A stretch of DNA of 64,000 bases from Octopus bimaculoides (lineage: Eukaryota): positions 12,336,515-12,400,514 of the forward strand of contig NC_068999.1 in NCBI RefSeq assembly GCF_001194135.2. The letters run 5' to 3'. Below the pieces are notes generated by a model. The model searched no databases, had not been told where the DNA came from, and saw nothing but the letters and a program-made list of their open reading frames with translations. How positions within the stretch are numbered: position 1 is the stretch's first letter; each line of letters begins with the position of its first letter. The position numbers and the translations under genes were made by a program. Below are positions 12,527 to 25,281 of the stretch, piece after piece.

Positions 12527-15500
12527 GATTAAAAGATTAAAATATACTTTTTTCTGACAAATTAGTAGGGATTTCTGTTATGCGACATTGTCTTCCACAC
12601 ACAGTAATCCAGTTATATCAACTGTTTTGTTTCATGCAGTGAAATTTGAAAGGAAATTCGAAACAAATACGACTTGCACATAAAATATCATCTACCTAAA
12701 TATGCGAAGGCCTTGATCTGGCCTTTTGTGTTTCACATGACATCGGAATTTCTTTCAAGTGTAGTTGATATTGATTTTCTTAAGCAAAACGTAACTTCTT
12801 GTTTCTTGTCCATTTTACCATCTGCTGGCTGCACATACATACTGTGATAGATCATCAACTTTTATGATTCAGAGACACTCTTGTTAGCTACTGAATACCT
12901 TATGATGTTAGGTGTTGAATAACTAAATCAAATGTTTGGCTAGATGTGGATCTAGAGGTTTTAGTAAGTTTATTGTTAGTAACACTAAGAAAGTTTAGTC
13001 CTTTTTGTTGATTATTTGGAAAACAAATCAAAATGAAACGCCCAAGTGAACACCTATCGAGGGGAAAAATAACAATTTCCATGAATCCCTTAATATTAGT
13101 AATCACATGTGAACATAAATGTAACAAAAAGTAATATGGATGTAAGTAACGGCAGCTCTAGCACGGAGTCTCAGGACAGAAACTAATGGAAGTGGACGGT
13201 CCACCTTTGATTCCATAAATCGTATTTTATATGCAAAACCATTGTCAAGAAACGCTGGGTAAAATTTTCGATTCATAATGGTGATGCAAGAACCCGGGAA
13301 GAAACGCTTTAAGAAAACTGCACCGAACCGCATCGGATAAAAATATATATGTATATAAAATATATCTCTCATTTAGTAAACGAATTCATGACGCTGGAGT
13401 TTGAGGTATTCCTCTTTCGTTTATAGAACATAGAGCATTAACATTGAGATATTTAATCAACACAGAGCTGTTCATAGCAGGAAAAAGTTACTTCATATAC
13501 TCGTTCTATGGTGCTATTACATACGTAATCTCTCCTCTGGTCCCTGGATGCTTCGCAGGATTATGGGTTACTATTACACGGATTTCGTGTTCAACCGACG
13601 ACTATATTCAGAAGCTGTGATGCGTCATGTTACTTATATAATTCGAGATTGTCTGCTCAAACTGTTTGGTCATGACACTTGATATTCTGTTTTGTATCTC
13701 AGGCATCATGTTTTCTTTTCGAAACATCTGGCTACGATGATGGCTCGTGTTGGTCGATAACAAGCCACATGATCATAGTAGAGGAAGAAGTATGTCGCTG
13801 AGATCGTAACTAGCTTGTTCAGTATACAGAGGGTTGACAAGGAGGACCCGAGCAAGTAACGGCGTATGTCTCCATATCTGACCTGACCTTAATTGCATTC
13901 AAATATTAGACACTCAAACTAACTGATAAATTCTCATCGAAACGCTGCAACTCGTCTGCAGTTTATTATATGACTACAATGATAGGTTCAGTTCGTCAGC
14001 AGTGTTTTTTTGAAAAACAGATTAATTCAGACAAAGGCGCATTTCTCTTTATCTCATCAACCCTATCGTGTCTCAGCAGATCCTAATTCCAGCAATTAAC
14101 CTTAGGTCGGAATTCTATTTAGCTAGAAGTTAACCCATCTGAATTCGATTACCGAATACGATCCTCGTGAAGGTGTTGGCTTAAAGAAGTTGGAATTCAA
14201 TATATCAACCGTATCAATCTCATGACTCAAAATAATCTGCAAAATTTATCGATACGTCACATGTCTTTTTTACTAAATCGATGAAACTGATACGAACAAA
14301 TATATAGCACATAAACTCATACACAAATATTGATATATTTCCAGATGGAAATAAAAATAAAAATATCGATGCCCCCCTGGAACAAGTCTATATCGATAAA
14401 ATGACAAACAGACAAACAAATGATATTTATTATCTATAAATATATAATATCGATGGATATTATTCATGTTATTTTTCATTATGAAAATAAATGTTCTATT
14501 TTTTTTCAGATCTAACGTATTTGATATGTCTGATATAAGCTAAATAGATGGCTAAAAGAAGATAAATGGATTTCTCGAATATAAGCATATTGAAACATAG
14601 AGATAATTGTGAAAAGCAGAAAAAGTGTGAGGATTAACAAGAAAAGCGAAGCAAGTTTGATACGGATTTATTTTCTTCAAAATTTCTCGAAAGAAAAATA
14701 TAAATGAAAGAATTGCGAAAACTGCAGAAGAAAAACTAAATCTAAAATCATTGCGTTTTAGCAATCTGATTCCTATCGCCATTTTAGATGTCTGGGAAGA
14801 AAGGTTACACTGTAGGATATTAATGATATTTTCATTGCTGGTGACCTCTCCAAGAATATTTCTTCTTACTCTTTTCCCCTTTCTTTCAAAGGCAAAATTG
14901 TTAAAACATGTTTCAGTTAAATATCAGATTCGGCAAATAATAAATGAGTAATACAACACGTAAAGTTATATGATGTTTATTGCAAATATTTGCAAAATAC
15001 TCTCAAATAACAAACCGAACAACTTTAACTACAAACAACAAAAAGTACAAGAAGACAACACGCATCAGCAAGGGCAATTACAATGATGTAAGGAATGAAA
15101 GAATTTCTAAAAGAATAAAAGACTAGAATTAAAATTAACAAATAAATATTTGGAGAGTAGAAAATGTTATGTAAAATCAATTAATATACGAAAGCATTTC
15201 GTTTTACGTAATACGAAATGTAGGAAAGAAAAAATAAACAAAATGGCGAACATATCAAATTATTTCGGAACCGAGGCAAATTAGAATAAAGAAAAACACA
15301 GAAATTTCTGTCTAAGTTATTGCAACTATTGATACCATCTATGTATGCGTGTAACATTCTGTACTTCTCGCTCAGTCTTTTTGTCTGTCTGTGTGTCTAT
15401 CTGTCCGTCTGTCTCTCTCTTTCTCTCTCTCTCTCTCACTCTCTCTGAATCGGGCACACGCTATCTTTGTTTCAATCTCTGTGCATATATCAACACGTGT

Positions 15501-16402
15501 GCATGTGTGTGTGTGCGTGCGTATGCTTGGTGCTTATGTACAAAGTTTGCACACAAACACATTCACGCATACAATCTTATACATACGTGTCTCTACACAT
15601 TCACACACATACGGTTGTGTTTATATTCCTACCTCTCTGTGACTAAGTATATGAGTTCTTTTTTATGTTTAGTTGTCAATATGACTCAAAAACAAAACAT
15701 CGGCAAGTGATGTGTACAGAGGTCAAGTATATGGTAACTGTATATATTGCGTCATAGTGCAGCCAGATTGAAAATTATACGCTGCTTTATCAGTTATATA
15801 CCAGCAGCTTAACTTTAATTAATCAATACAACTTTTATAGGATGCATATAGGAACATTTGCTCCAGTCACAAAACAATATCATTATGTGTGTTATAAACC
15901 CGTTGAATATGTTATTTTTGTAAGTTATTGAGAGGAATAGAGGTCTCGGAAAGAAACTGATTTTCCATATTTGTTTCATTATTCATACTTCACTTTTGTA
16001 TTTGGTATGCTAGATTCTTGAAACTTACCTTGTTGTAATTTGAGAGGGTCATTACACAAATAATAATACACACACGCACTGAATCCGTTTCAGCTCTCAT
16101 ACAAACAATTCATTGTTTGCTGAACCAACAAATTATAAAAATGAAAATAAAATCGTTCCGTTAGTTGGGTGGTTAGATAAATAACCATTTCACTAAAAAT
16201 AAAGGAGTGAAACTGAACCAGAGCATGCGTCTATTAACCTTTAAATAAATGAAAAAAGGGATATTTATCTACATTTCTCATCAAACAATCACCGCAATCA
16301 AAAGCGTCCCGTTTCACCTGGTGCATTAAGCTAACCTCTATTTCTGTCCTTCAGTTTTTTTCCGCGCTTTCACTAATTTGCCTTTCTTTCTCCCGCTGAT
16401 TC

Positions 16403-16403
<1 letters not shown>

Positions 16404-16453
<50 letters not shown>

Positions 16454-16454
16454 A

Positions 16455-16513
<59 letters not shown>

Positions 16514-16524
16514 CNNNNNNNNNN

Positions 16525-16562
<38 letters not shown>

Positions 16563-16597
16563 CTCTCCCAATCTCTCTCTCTCTCTCTCTCTCTCTT
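16404..16597 (+). repeat. Compound (CTGT)n(CT)n(CA)n microsatellite with a 10-N gap
   Basis: Read directly from the sequence. Confidence 0.95.
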
Positions 16598-17380
16598 TTA
16601 TCATAATACCCTTCTTTCAATATGCCTGTCTAACTTTATTGTTATTTTTTCCCCTGACGTTTTACTGACGTTATAAAAATACTTGTTTTATTGCTTTATA
16701 TTACATGATTCTCAATCACACGTTTCTGCTACACAAACATATGTATATATGCGTGTTTTTGCATGTACACATATATGTATTTACATTTCTATGTATGTAT
16801 GTGTGTATGTTTATTTGGGTGTATGGGAACATGTCTTAGTCTAGAGTCTAGACTATGTTGATGTGTTCTAGCTTAATCTTATTTTAGCTTATTAAAATTC
16901 TCGTGTGTGTCTCATATATTTTGATTAGAACAGTAAAATAGCTAATTACATTTCCTCCACGTTTCTTTCTCAAGACTGGAAGTAACCGATACTCACTTCT
17001 CTACGGCCTCTTCAACCGTAGGCGGAGTTTAATTATCAAGCTATGCTGACAAAATTTCACCTTACGAATTTCATTTTGTCAGTCATATAATTTATGATAC
17101 TTGACTAAGACATATCACATCATAAAACTTCAAAAACACATTGTTAAAAGAAAACAAAACTAATATTGACTTATTGCTTAAAATCGCCATGTAATTCTAC
17201 TCAATTGACAGAAAAAATAAATGATTCCCGAAATTCATCCAGTTGGGCAAAATAAGGGGAATATTATAGACAGGTGCACTAAACATGCATAATGACAACA
17301 ATTTTTTCGCGTTTGAACATTTGTATGTATGCTTATATGTATATATACTTACACACACATACACACACAGACGCCTCTCC

Positions 17381-17450
<70 letters not shown>

Positions 17451-17482
17451 TATACATATATATATATATATGTGTATAGATA

Positions 17483-18215
17483 TTTTTTTCTGTAGTTTCA
17501 ACTCAGAGAGGCGGTCATGCTGATGCTCTGCCGTTCTGCTACGTTGTTATTAGTGAGAGCCTCCTCCAATATGTGGCACTTGGTGAAGAATAGAGTTTGA
17601 TGTAGCTACCCTGATTTTCACATGTAGTGAGGTAGGTTCATCTGGGTTCATCTCGACAGAAAGAGGTCCAGCCTTGATTTAAAAACGCGTACATTTACTT
17701 TGTGCAGATTCCATTTACTTTGTACAGAGTATGATACTAAGAGCTGGGGTTTGAGGTAATCACGGATGTATACAGTAACTCCACCATGGCTCTTTCCCCT
17801 TCTCTTTGTTCGCTATTATTCTGCATCCTCTGTATCAGGGCTGTGGTGAGTTTTCACGAGTGCTATGCATAGGGCTTCATTGCATGCAGCAAGGTCTCTC
17901 AGGAAAGAAATGTTTCTTTTATGATGATGCAACAGGCCCCCGATATTTAGTAAAAATTTTGGCGTGACGACTGTGTAGGCGTTAGAGGAGGAGGCTATTC
18001 CGTGTATGTTGACTGTTGGTTTTGCGCAGTGGTGGGCAAGGTTCCTTGTTTTCGCTTGGTGTAGCAAGATCAACTGTAAATGAAGGACGCACCATGTGAC
18101 AGTAGGACAAAATACGATACTGCCGGTGTGAGGACTGATGCCGGAGTTTCGTAAAAAGTGGTTTCCAGTGGCGGAAGCCTGAACTACAACGTGCATGTCA
18201 CACAGAGAACGTTTC
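17483..18215 (-). mobile_element. Internally deleted CR1/L2-like LINE (APE endonuclease N-terminus joined to ORF2 C-terminus and 3' tail)
   Basis: Minus strand reads NIGGLL..FLRDLAACNEALCIALVKTHHSPDTEDAE..SHGGVTVYIRDYL (APE motifs NxxG, ETH-like, GGVxxY), then immediately VNVRVFKSRLDLFLS (ORF2 terminal FKxxLDxFL motif), a short 3' UTR and an A-rich tail. Confidence 0.75.
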
Positions 18216-18278
18216 TGGATACACATTATTTACATTATTTACATCTGACGGATATTTGTCCTCATCTTGTTTGTTGTT

Positions 18279-18324
18279 AACACAATGTTTCGGCTGATAT
18301 ACCCTCCAGCCTTCATCAGGTGTC
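18279..18324 (-). ncRNA. Minimal type I hammerhead ribozyme motif (left arm)
   Basis: Minus strand: GACAC CUGAUGA A GGCUG gaggguauau CAGCC GAAA C AUU GUGUU. Stems I and II are intact; 16.2 is A instead of G. Confidence 0.6.
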
Positions 18325-18414
18325 TTGCGGAAATTCCGGGCCAAGGCTCTCATCCTTAAGGTATAACATCGAAAGTACATTAGGAATGGGAACCCAGGTT
18401 TGGAATTTCCACAA

Positions 18415-18460
18415 GTCACCTGATGAAGACTGGAGTGTATATCAGCTGAAACGTTGTGTT
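18415..18460 (+). ncRNA. Minimal type I hammerhead ribozyme motif (right arm)
   Basis: GUCAC CUGAUGA A GACUG gagugUauau CAGCU GAAA C GUU GUGUU. Core is intact with an AACGUU palindrome at stem III; one mismatch each in stem II and stem I. Confidence 0.6.
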
Positions 18461-19476
18461 AACAACGAACAAAATGAGGACAAATATCCGTCAATTGTAA
18501 ATAATGTACATAATTCCTTATCTCTTAAATATAGATCTGTTTCCGGTTATGCTAGGTACCTCGTCGTATGTGTGTATGTGTGTGTTTGCATGTATTAATA
18601 TATTTATATATGTATATTTAGATCCCAGTGTATGTATATATATATATATATATATATATNNNNNNNNNNNNNNNNNNNNNNNNNNNNNNNNNNNNNNNNN
18701 NNNNNNNNNNNNNNNNNNNNNNNNNNNNNNNNNNNNNNNNNNNNNNNNNNNNNNNNNNNNNNNNNNNNNNNNNNNNNNNNNNNNNNNNNNNNNNNNNNNN
18801 NNNNNNNNNNNNNNNNNNNNNNNNNNNNNNNNNNNNNNNNNNNNNNNNNNNNNNNNNNNNNNNNNNNNNNNNNNNNNNNNNNNNNNNNNNNNNNNNNNNN
18901 NNNNNNNNNNNNNNNNNNNNNNNNNNNNNNNNNNNNNNNNNNNNNNNNNNNNNNNNNNNNNNNNNNNNNNNNNNNNNNNNNNNNNNNNNNNNNNNNNNNN
19001 NNNNNNNNNNNNNNNNNNNNNNNNNNNNNNNNNNNNNNNNNNNNNNNNNNNNNNNNNNNNNNNNNNNNNNNNNNNNNNNNNNNNNNNNNNNNNNNNNNNN
19101 NNNNNNNNNNNNNNNNNNNNNNNNNNNNNNNNNNNNNNNNNNNNNNNNNNNNNNNNNNNNNNNNNNNNNNNNNNNNNNNNNNNNNNNNNNNNNNNNNNNN
19201 NNNNNNNNNNNNNNNNNNNNNNNNNNNNNNNNNNNNNNNNNNNNNNNNNNNNNNNNNNNNNNNNNNNNNNNNNNNNNNNNNNNNNNNNNNNNNNNNNNNN
19301 NNNNNNNNNNNNNNNNNNNNNNNNNNNNNNNNNNNNNNNNNNNNNNNNNNNNNNNNNNNNNNNNNNNNNNNNNNNNNNNNNNNNNNNNNNNNNNNNNNNN
19401 NNNNNNNNNNNNNNNNNNNNNNNNNNNNNNNNNNNNNNNNNNNNNNNNNNNNNNNNNNNNNNNNNNNNNNNNNNNN

Positions 19477-19521
<45 letters not shown>

Positions 19522-19596
19522 ATGTGTGTGTGTGTGTGTATGCATGTATACTTGTACGTATATATGCAGATACTAATTTATTATTTGTTTTATATG

Positions 19597-19633
<37 letters not shown>

Positions 19634-20148
19634 TTGTGTGTGTACACACATACACATATGTATATGTAATTGTCTTGAATATATCGGAGCATAACATAGA
19701 GCACAGCTTATTAATGCTATTAAACAAGGGCAACTTAAAAAACAAAAGATATAAAACCTGGGAAAGTGATGATAACGATTCTAAAAACATACCAGGAAAT
19801 ATAATGGAAAATAAAACAACATCCAGCAAAAAAAAAAAAAAAGAATAGAAAAGAAGAAATCATTGTCTTCAAAAGACCAGGTAATTAAGGAGAAAGCTTA
19901 AAGCATAGACTGAAAGTAAACGTGAAGGCTGATTGGCTGCAACTTATATTGTTGTTTTTTGTTTCAATTTTTTTTTTATCTCGTTGCGCCATAAAAAAAG
20001 ATAGGGATGTGATCCCCGTCAGGGCCCCTGATAAATGAAGCGAGTGACTTTAATAGCATGATGTCAGATCGATAGAAGCAACATTAGATATACGCCATGC
20101 TCTTCTAGATAACTACTAGTTAGAACGACATCATGTGTTTGTTAGCGA

Positions 20149-20149
<1 letters not shown>

Positions 20150-20208
<59 letters not shown>

Positions 20209-20219
20209 CTATCTGTCTA
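20150..20219 (+). repeat. (CTAT)n microsatellite
   Basis: Read directly from the sequence. Confidence 0.95.
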
Positions 20220-20293
20220 TCTCTCAACATATGTATTTATTTATTTATCTATACACACGATCAATGGCAAAAGTATGCATGTGTGTATATATA

Positions 20294-20341
<48 letters not shown>

Positions 20342-21013
20342 AGTGTGCATGTATGCATATATATTTATGTATGTATACATGGGTATATANNNNNNNNNNN
20401 NNNNNNNNNNNNNNNNNNNNNNNNNNNNNNNNNNNNNNNNNNNNNNNNNNNNNNNNNNNNNNNNNNNNNNNNNNNNNNNNNNNNNNNNNNNNNNNNNNNN
20501 NNNNNNNNNNNNNNNNNNNNNNNNNNNNNNNNNNNNNNNNNNNNNNNNNNNNNNNNNNNNNNNNNNNNNNNNNNNNNNNNNNNNNNNNNNNNNNNNNNNN
20601 NATATATATATATATATACATGTTTATATATATACATGCACATATATATGTATATAATGCTAAGCAAAAATGCTGTATTTTATCTTTTACACAATCTAGC
20701 CACGCGTTGCTCTATGTGATTGTGCGTGAGGACGCGCATACATTAAATACAAAAAGCCAATACTGAGCATCCATCCAAATAATATTGATATGAAACTATG
20801 AACCAGCCAATCATAGAAGCAAACATTCAATAATTTTACCAATAAATTGTACCACATTCTGTCCAATAGGTTAATCCAATGTATAGAAATAAAATCCAGT
20901 GGACATCATATTTGCAGCTTAGAATAAACTAACCAAAATAAAATGGATGTAAATATACATACACACTTACCTGCATACATACATATATACAAATATACAT
21001 ACGAGCAAACATA

Positions 21014-21839
21014 TTGGGTCATCCCATAAATAACGCGGTTTTTTCATACTTCTTTTATTTTTCAAAATTAAAACATCTTTTTTAATCTAAAATATACTCT
21101 CCTTCATTTCTACAATGCTCTTCCATCTATCTCGCAGACTTGCACGGCCTCTCTTCCAAAATTCACTTGTCCGTGACGTAAAGTACTCCTCCAGTTCGGT
21201 TCTGACCTCGTCTACAGAATTCATATTCTTCTCGTCCAAATGATTACGAAGAGTGCCGAATATATGATAATCAGATGGAGCAATGTCCGACGGATATGGT
21301 GGGTGAGGCATCGTTTCCAATTCAAACTGCTTCAGCCTTTGGAATGTCATCCTCCTTGTACGTGGCCGAGCATTCTCCTAATGGAAGAACACCTTTTCTT
21401 GAAGCCTAAGATAGTTGATCAGTTACGATGGGATTTTGTTCCACCAGGGTTTGCAGGACGTCCTCGTCGAGCACTACATATCTTTTAGGATGAGGCTCGT
21501 CTTCAAGGCTGTAGTTTCCGGCTCGAAATGTCTGGAACCACCGATGATACTGGCTGACGTTTCTTTTCTGATCGCCATATACTGCATTAACTTTCCTCAC
21601 ACTTTGTGTTGTAACCTTTATTTAACTCATAAAGAAAAACACACCGATGATGCTCCTTTGTGACTTCCAGTGGAGCTTTGTAAAAGTAACAGTTAAGATC
21701 GAACTGCATTCTTCAGAACTTGCGCTAAGAATAACGACAATGTAAAATTACTACCCGCTTTTATAGGAAGTGAATGCAGGTAGTTTATCCCGTCCCCCTT
21801 CATGCAATTGAAAAACTCTATTATGTATGAGATGACGCT
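21014..21839 (-). mobile_element. Internally deleted mariner with both TIRs
   Basis: TIR ttgggtcatcccataaataacgcggttttt at 21014 (preceded by TA) and a degenerate inverted copy at about 21810-21839. Transposase N-terminus (NAVYGD..WFQTFRAGNYSLEDEPH) is joined directly to the FHQENARP-like region and the C-terminus (MPHPPYPSDIAPSDYHIF). Confidence 0.88.
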
Positions 21840-21893
21840 ATACATAATGGCATGCAACATAATTATGCACGCAGAGAAACACACACACATATG

Positions 21894-22016
21894 TATTTGG
21901 TTGTCCGGAAAGATCGTGTCGATTTTTAAGGAAAGAAAAAGGTCAATAAATCCTTACCATTACATTTTTAATCAACCAAATATGAACCATTTTGTTGCAT
22001 AATGCGTCTCCATCTA
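21894..22016 (-). mobile_element. 3' end fragment of a second mariner family
   Basis: Minus strand reads RWRRIMQQNGSYLVD* (mariner C-terminus), followed by a TIR-like end (plus strand tatttggttgtccggaaagatcgtgtcgattt). Confidence 0.65.
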
Positions 22017-22690
22017 ATTGATTGTATCGGGAACGATACAATCTTTTTGAAAGCGGCTATAAGGGGTAACGAATCGTGGGTCTATGGTTATGATCCTGAA
22101 ACAAAGCTTAGTTTTCGCAGTAGAAGACCCGAACCTTTCCGAAACCGAAGAAAGCACGAACTGATGACCGTTTTCTTCGTCTACAAGTCGATTGTATATC
22201 AGGAGTATGCTCCACCTGGTCAAGGAGTGTTCCCGTGACGATTTGCGGCGTTTGTTGGATGCTATTCATCGGAAAAGCCCACAATTGCATGCGTCCAGTG
22301 ATTTGCTATTGCACTATGACAACGTACCTGCCCAGTCAGGTCAGCTTGTGCAGTAGTCTTTGGTTTAGTACAGCATTCCCCAGGCCCGACAGCCACCGTA
22401 TTCCCCGAATCTCCCTTGAAACTCCCTGGCGACTCTTACATCTTTCCAAAAATCAAATCACACTTGAAAGGAACAACAATTTCAGGATGTACAGGAAATC
22501 AAAGTGAATGCGACGAGGCAGCTGCAGATGATCCCTCAAAATGAGTTCCAAGGATGCTTCCTTTAACAGAAACAACTCTGGATTAAGTACGTGGCTTCCA
22601 AAGAGGACTACTTTGAAGGAGATTAAATACCAAACTGATACATGTTATAGTTTTGTTTTTATAACACCAGTACGGATATATTTATATATA
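22016..22690 (+). mobile_element. Decayed mariner transposase catalytic half (third family)
   Basis: GNESWVYGYDPETK (cf. GDESW), MTVFF..IVYQEYAPPGQ, LLHYDNVPAQ (cf. HDNAPAH), QPPYSPNL, IFPKIKSHLKG, YFEGD*; contains frameshifts and stops. Confidence 0.88.
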
Positions 22691-22692
22691 TA

Positions 22693-22988
22693 GCACCAGT
22701 CTTCCAGGATTCACAGTCCCGATATTTCAATATTATTGAACATTTATAGAGCATTTTAGACAAACACGTACGGGGTCAGTATCGTCTACCATCATCACTA
22801 CAAGAACATGAGACTCTTTTAGCTGAAGAATGAACAATAATTCCTTTGGAAACAATTCAAACTTTGTACGAGTTCATACCTCGTAGAATTCAATTTGTAA
22901 TTACTGCCAAATGCGCTTCTATGCCATATTAAAATAAATTTGTTTAAAATTTGAAGGTGTTTCTATTATTTTGTCCAACTCCTGCATA
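22693..22988 (+). mobile_element. Tc1-like element 3' end
   Basis: SPDxNIIEHL..ILDKHVR..LAEE*TIIPLETIQTLYEFIPRRIQFVITAKCASMPY* (Tc1 SPDLNxIE...IPRR...Y*), then TIR-like ggtgtttctattattttgtccaactcctgca. Confidence 0.8.
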
Positions 22989-23051
22989 TATATATATATA
23001 TATATATATAGCCACACACAAACAAACACATACACACACATACACACACAT

Positions 23052-23105
<54 letters not shown>

Positions 23106-23326
23106 NNNNNNNNNNNNNNNNNNNNNNNNNNNNNNNNNNNNNNNNNNNNNNNNNNNNNNNNNNNNNNNNNNNNNNNNNNNNNNNNNNNNNNNNNNNNNNN
23201 NNNNNNNNNNNNNNNNNNNNNNNNNNNNNNNNNNNNNNNNNNNNNNNNNNNNNNNNNNNNNNNNNNNNNNNNNNNNNNNNNNNNNNNNNNNNNNNNNNNN
23301 NNNNNNNNNNNNNNNNNNNNNNNNNN

Positions 23327-23385
<59 letters not shown>

Positions 23386-24278
23386 TAGCATTGGTAAGCG
23401 TTCGTGAGTGTGCCTGTGTCACTCATTTTAGCATCTCGTGATTCAATACAGCTTTGAAATATAAGGTTTTTCTCGATTTCGGGGAAAAAAAAATACGAAA
23501 CGAAATAACAAAAGTAATGCCCTATCCGGCTTCATTTGAGATGTGTCTGTGTTCGTGAATCTATGTTTGTTTCTGACTATATGTGTGTGTGAGTGTATAT
23601 GTGTGTGTGTGCTTTTCCTTCTGTATGCGTATCTGATATATATGCTAAAATATGCACTTTTATATTGAAATAACGGAATGTTTAATTTGTGCATGCGTTC
23701 ACAGAGTCATTCACATATACACAAATACATACATACGTATACACATTCATGCACACATACACACACATATATACATTTATATATGTATGTATGCGTTAGT
23801 ATGTGTGTGTGTGCGCGCGCGCGTATATATTATCACGCAAATACCCATTTGGACATGTATTTAAACATTATATACTTCTGTTTTACACATATGCTTTCTG
23901 AGGCGCTGATGTTTTTCTTCTTTTTATTTTCATATTTAGAAATATAAAGGATTTAAGAATATATAGAGTTATCGATTCTTTTCATATTCTTTACGAAACT
24001 GGGATTTCACGAGATTATGCGAAGGTGCTTCTCTTTGAATTATATTTTAACTGTGGTGAAATTACACATTTCTGCGTACGTCTATATAGGCATGAATATG
24101 TATGTATGTTTGTATGTATGTATGTATGTATGTATGAATGGTTGAATGTATGTATGTATATATGTATGTATGTATTTATGTATTTATGAAGGTGGGCATG
24201 TAAATATGAATGCTTGTATTTATGTCAATATGTATATATGAATGAAAAGATAGAAATATTTACAGATAGAGAAAATCT

Positions 24279-24320
<42 letters not shown>

Positions 24321-24351
24321 TACATACATACATACATACATATATACATAC

Positions 24352-24395
<44 letters not shown>

Positions 24396-24979
24396 ATACA
24401 CAAAGCTATGTAAATGATTATATTTACCTCTCCTCGGAAAAAAAAAATAAGACGTTTGCAACACACTCACAACAAACACTCATACACACACGAATATGCG
24501 CCGTGTTTGTGTATGTACATGAATCTGTGTTCACAAGTAACATATATTGTCATGTATAAATATGTCCAAAGCGCAGAATTTCTGTGCAATCCTTTAGCCA
24601 TGATCCTAAAGAACCTCTCTTTAAATCCTATAATCCTTTGTGTACTTCCACGCAAAACGTATCCCAAAATACCGAAGCCAGAGAATTTATCAATGCAGAA
24701 AACTGTCTATAGAATCTTCTTTTGTCATTCAAATGATTAACCCTTCACTATAAGAAGGAAAAAAAAATTAATAATATTTGAAACTAGAAATAATAATAAT
24801 CAATCCTCGACTCAGAATTCTCCCTTTTCTTTTTCCTCTCGCTTCTTTTTGTCTATGTCCTCCTTAATCTTTTTGCCTCCCCACTCTTACTCAGACGCCT
24901 TCTTCTCCTCAGCATCATCATCATCATGAACATCGTCATCCGTATACTCGCTATCGTATATTTCTAATTCCTTTTCTCT

Positions 24980-25074
24980 TTGCTCTTCTTGGAGTGTTTG
25001 TTGCTGTTGTTGTTCTTCTTCTCCTTCCTCTTCATTTCCTTCTTTTTCTTCTTCTTCTTCTACTCCTACTACTA

Positions 25075-25121
<47 letters not shown>

Positions 25122-25244
25122 GCTGCTGCTACCCCCTACTACATCATCATCATGAGCATCACCATCACCACCAACCCTACCACCACCATCATCATCATCA
25201 TTATCATCATCATCATCATCATTATCGTCGTCGTCGTCGTCGTC

Positions 25245-25280
<36 letters not shown>
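24980..25280 (+). repeat. Compound trinucleotide array (TTC)(TAC)(TGC)(CAT/CAC)(CGT)(CAT)
   Basis: Read directly from the sequence; generates spurious poly-F/Y/C/H/R and poly-D/S ORFs. Confidence 0.95.

Positions 25281-25281
<1 letters not shown>

Larger units (their letters stand above)
18231..18508. mobile_element. ~280 bp palindromic (fold-back) element, each arm carrying a minimal hammerhead motif; PLE pseudo-LTR-like
   Basis: 18231-18337 is the near reverse complement of 18402-18508, and the inner segments also partly pair. Both arms contain CTGATGA-A-stem-GAAA. Confidence 0.85.

Noticed and set aside
13400-14250. GC-richer segment with faint RT-like echoes on the minus strand (ADEL..KLQ)
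   Set aside because: No ordered motif series could be confirmed.
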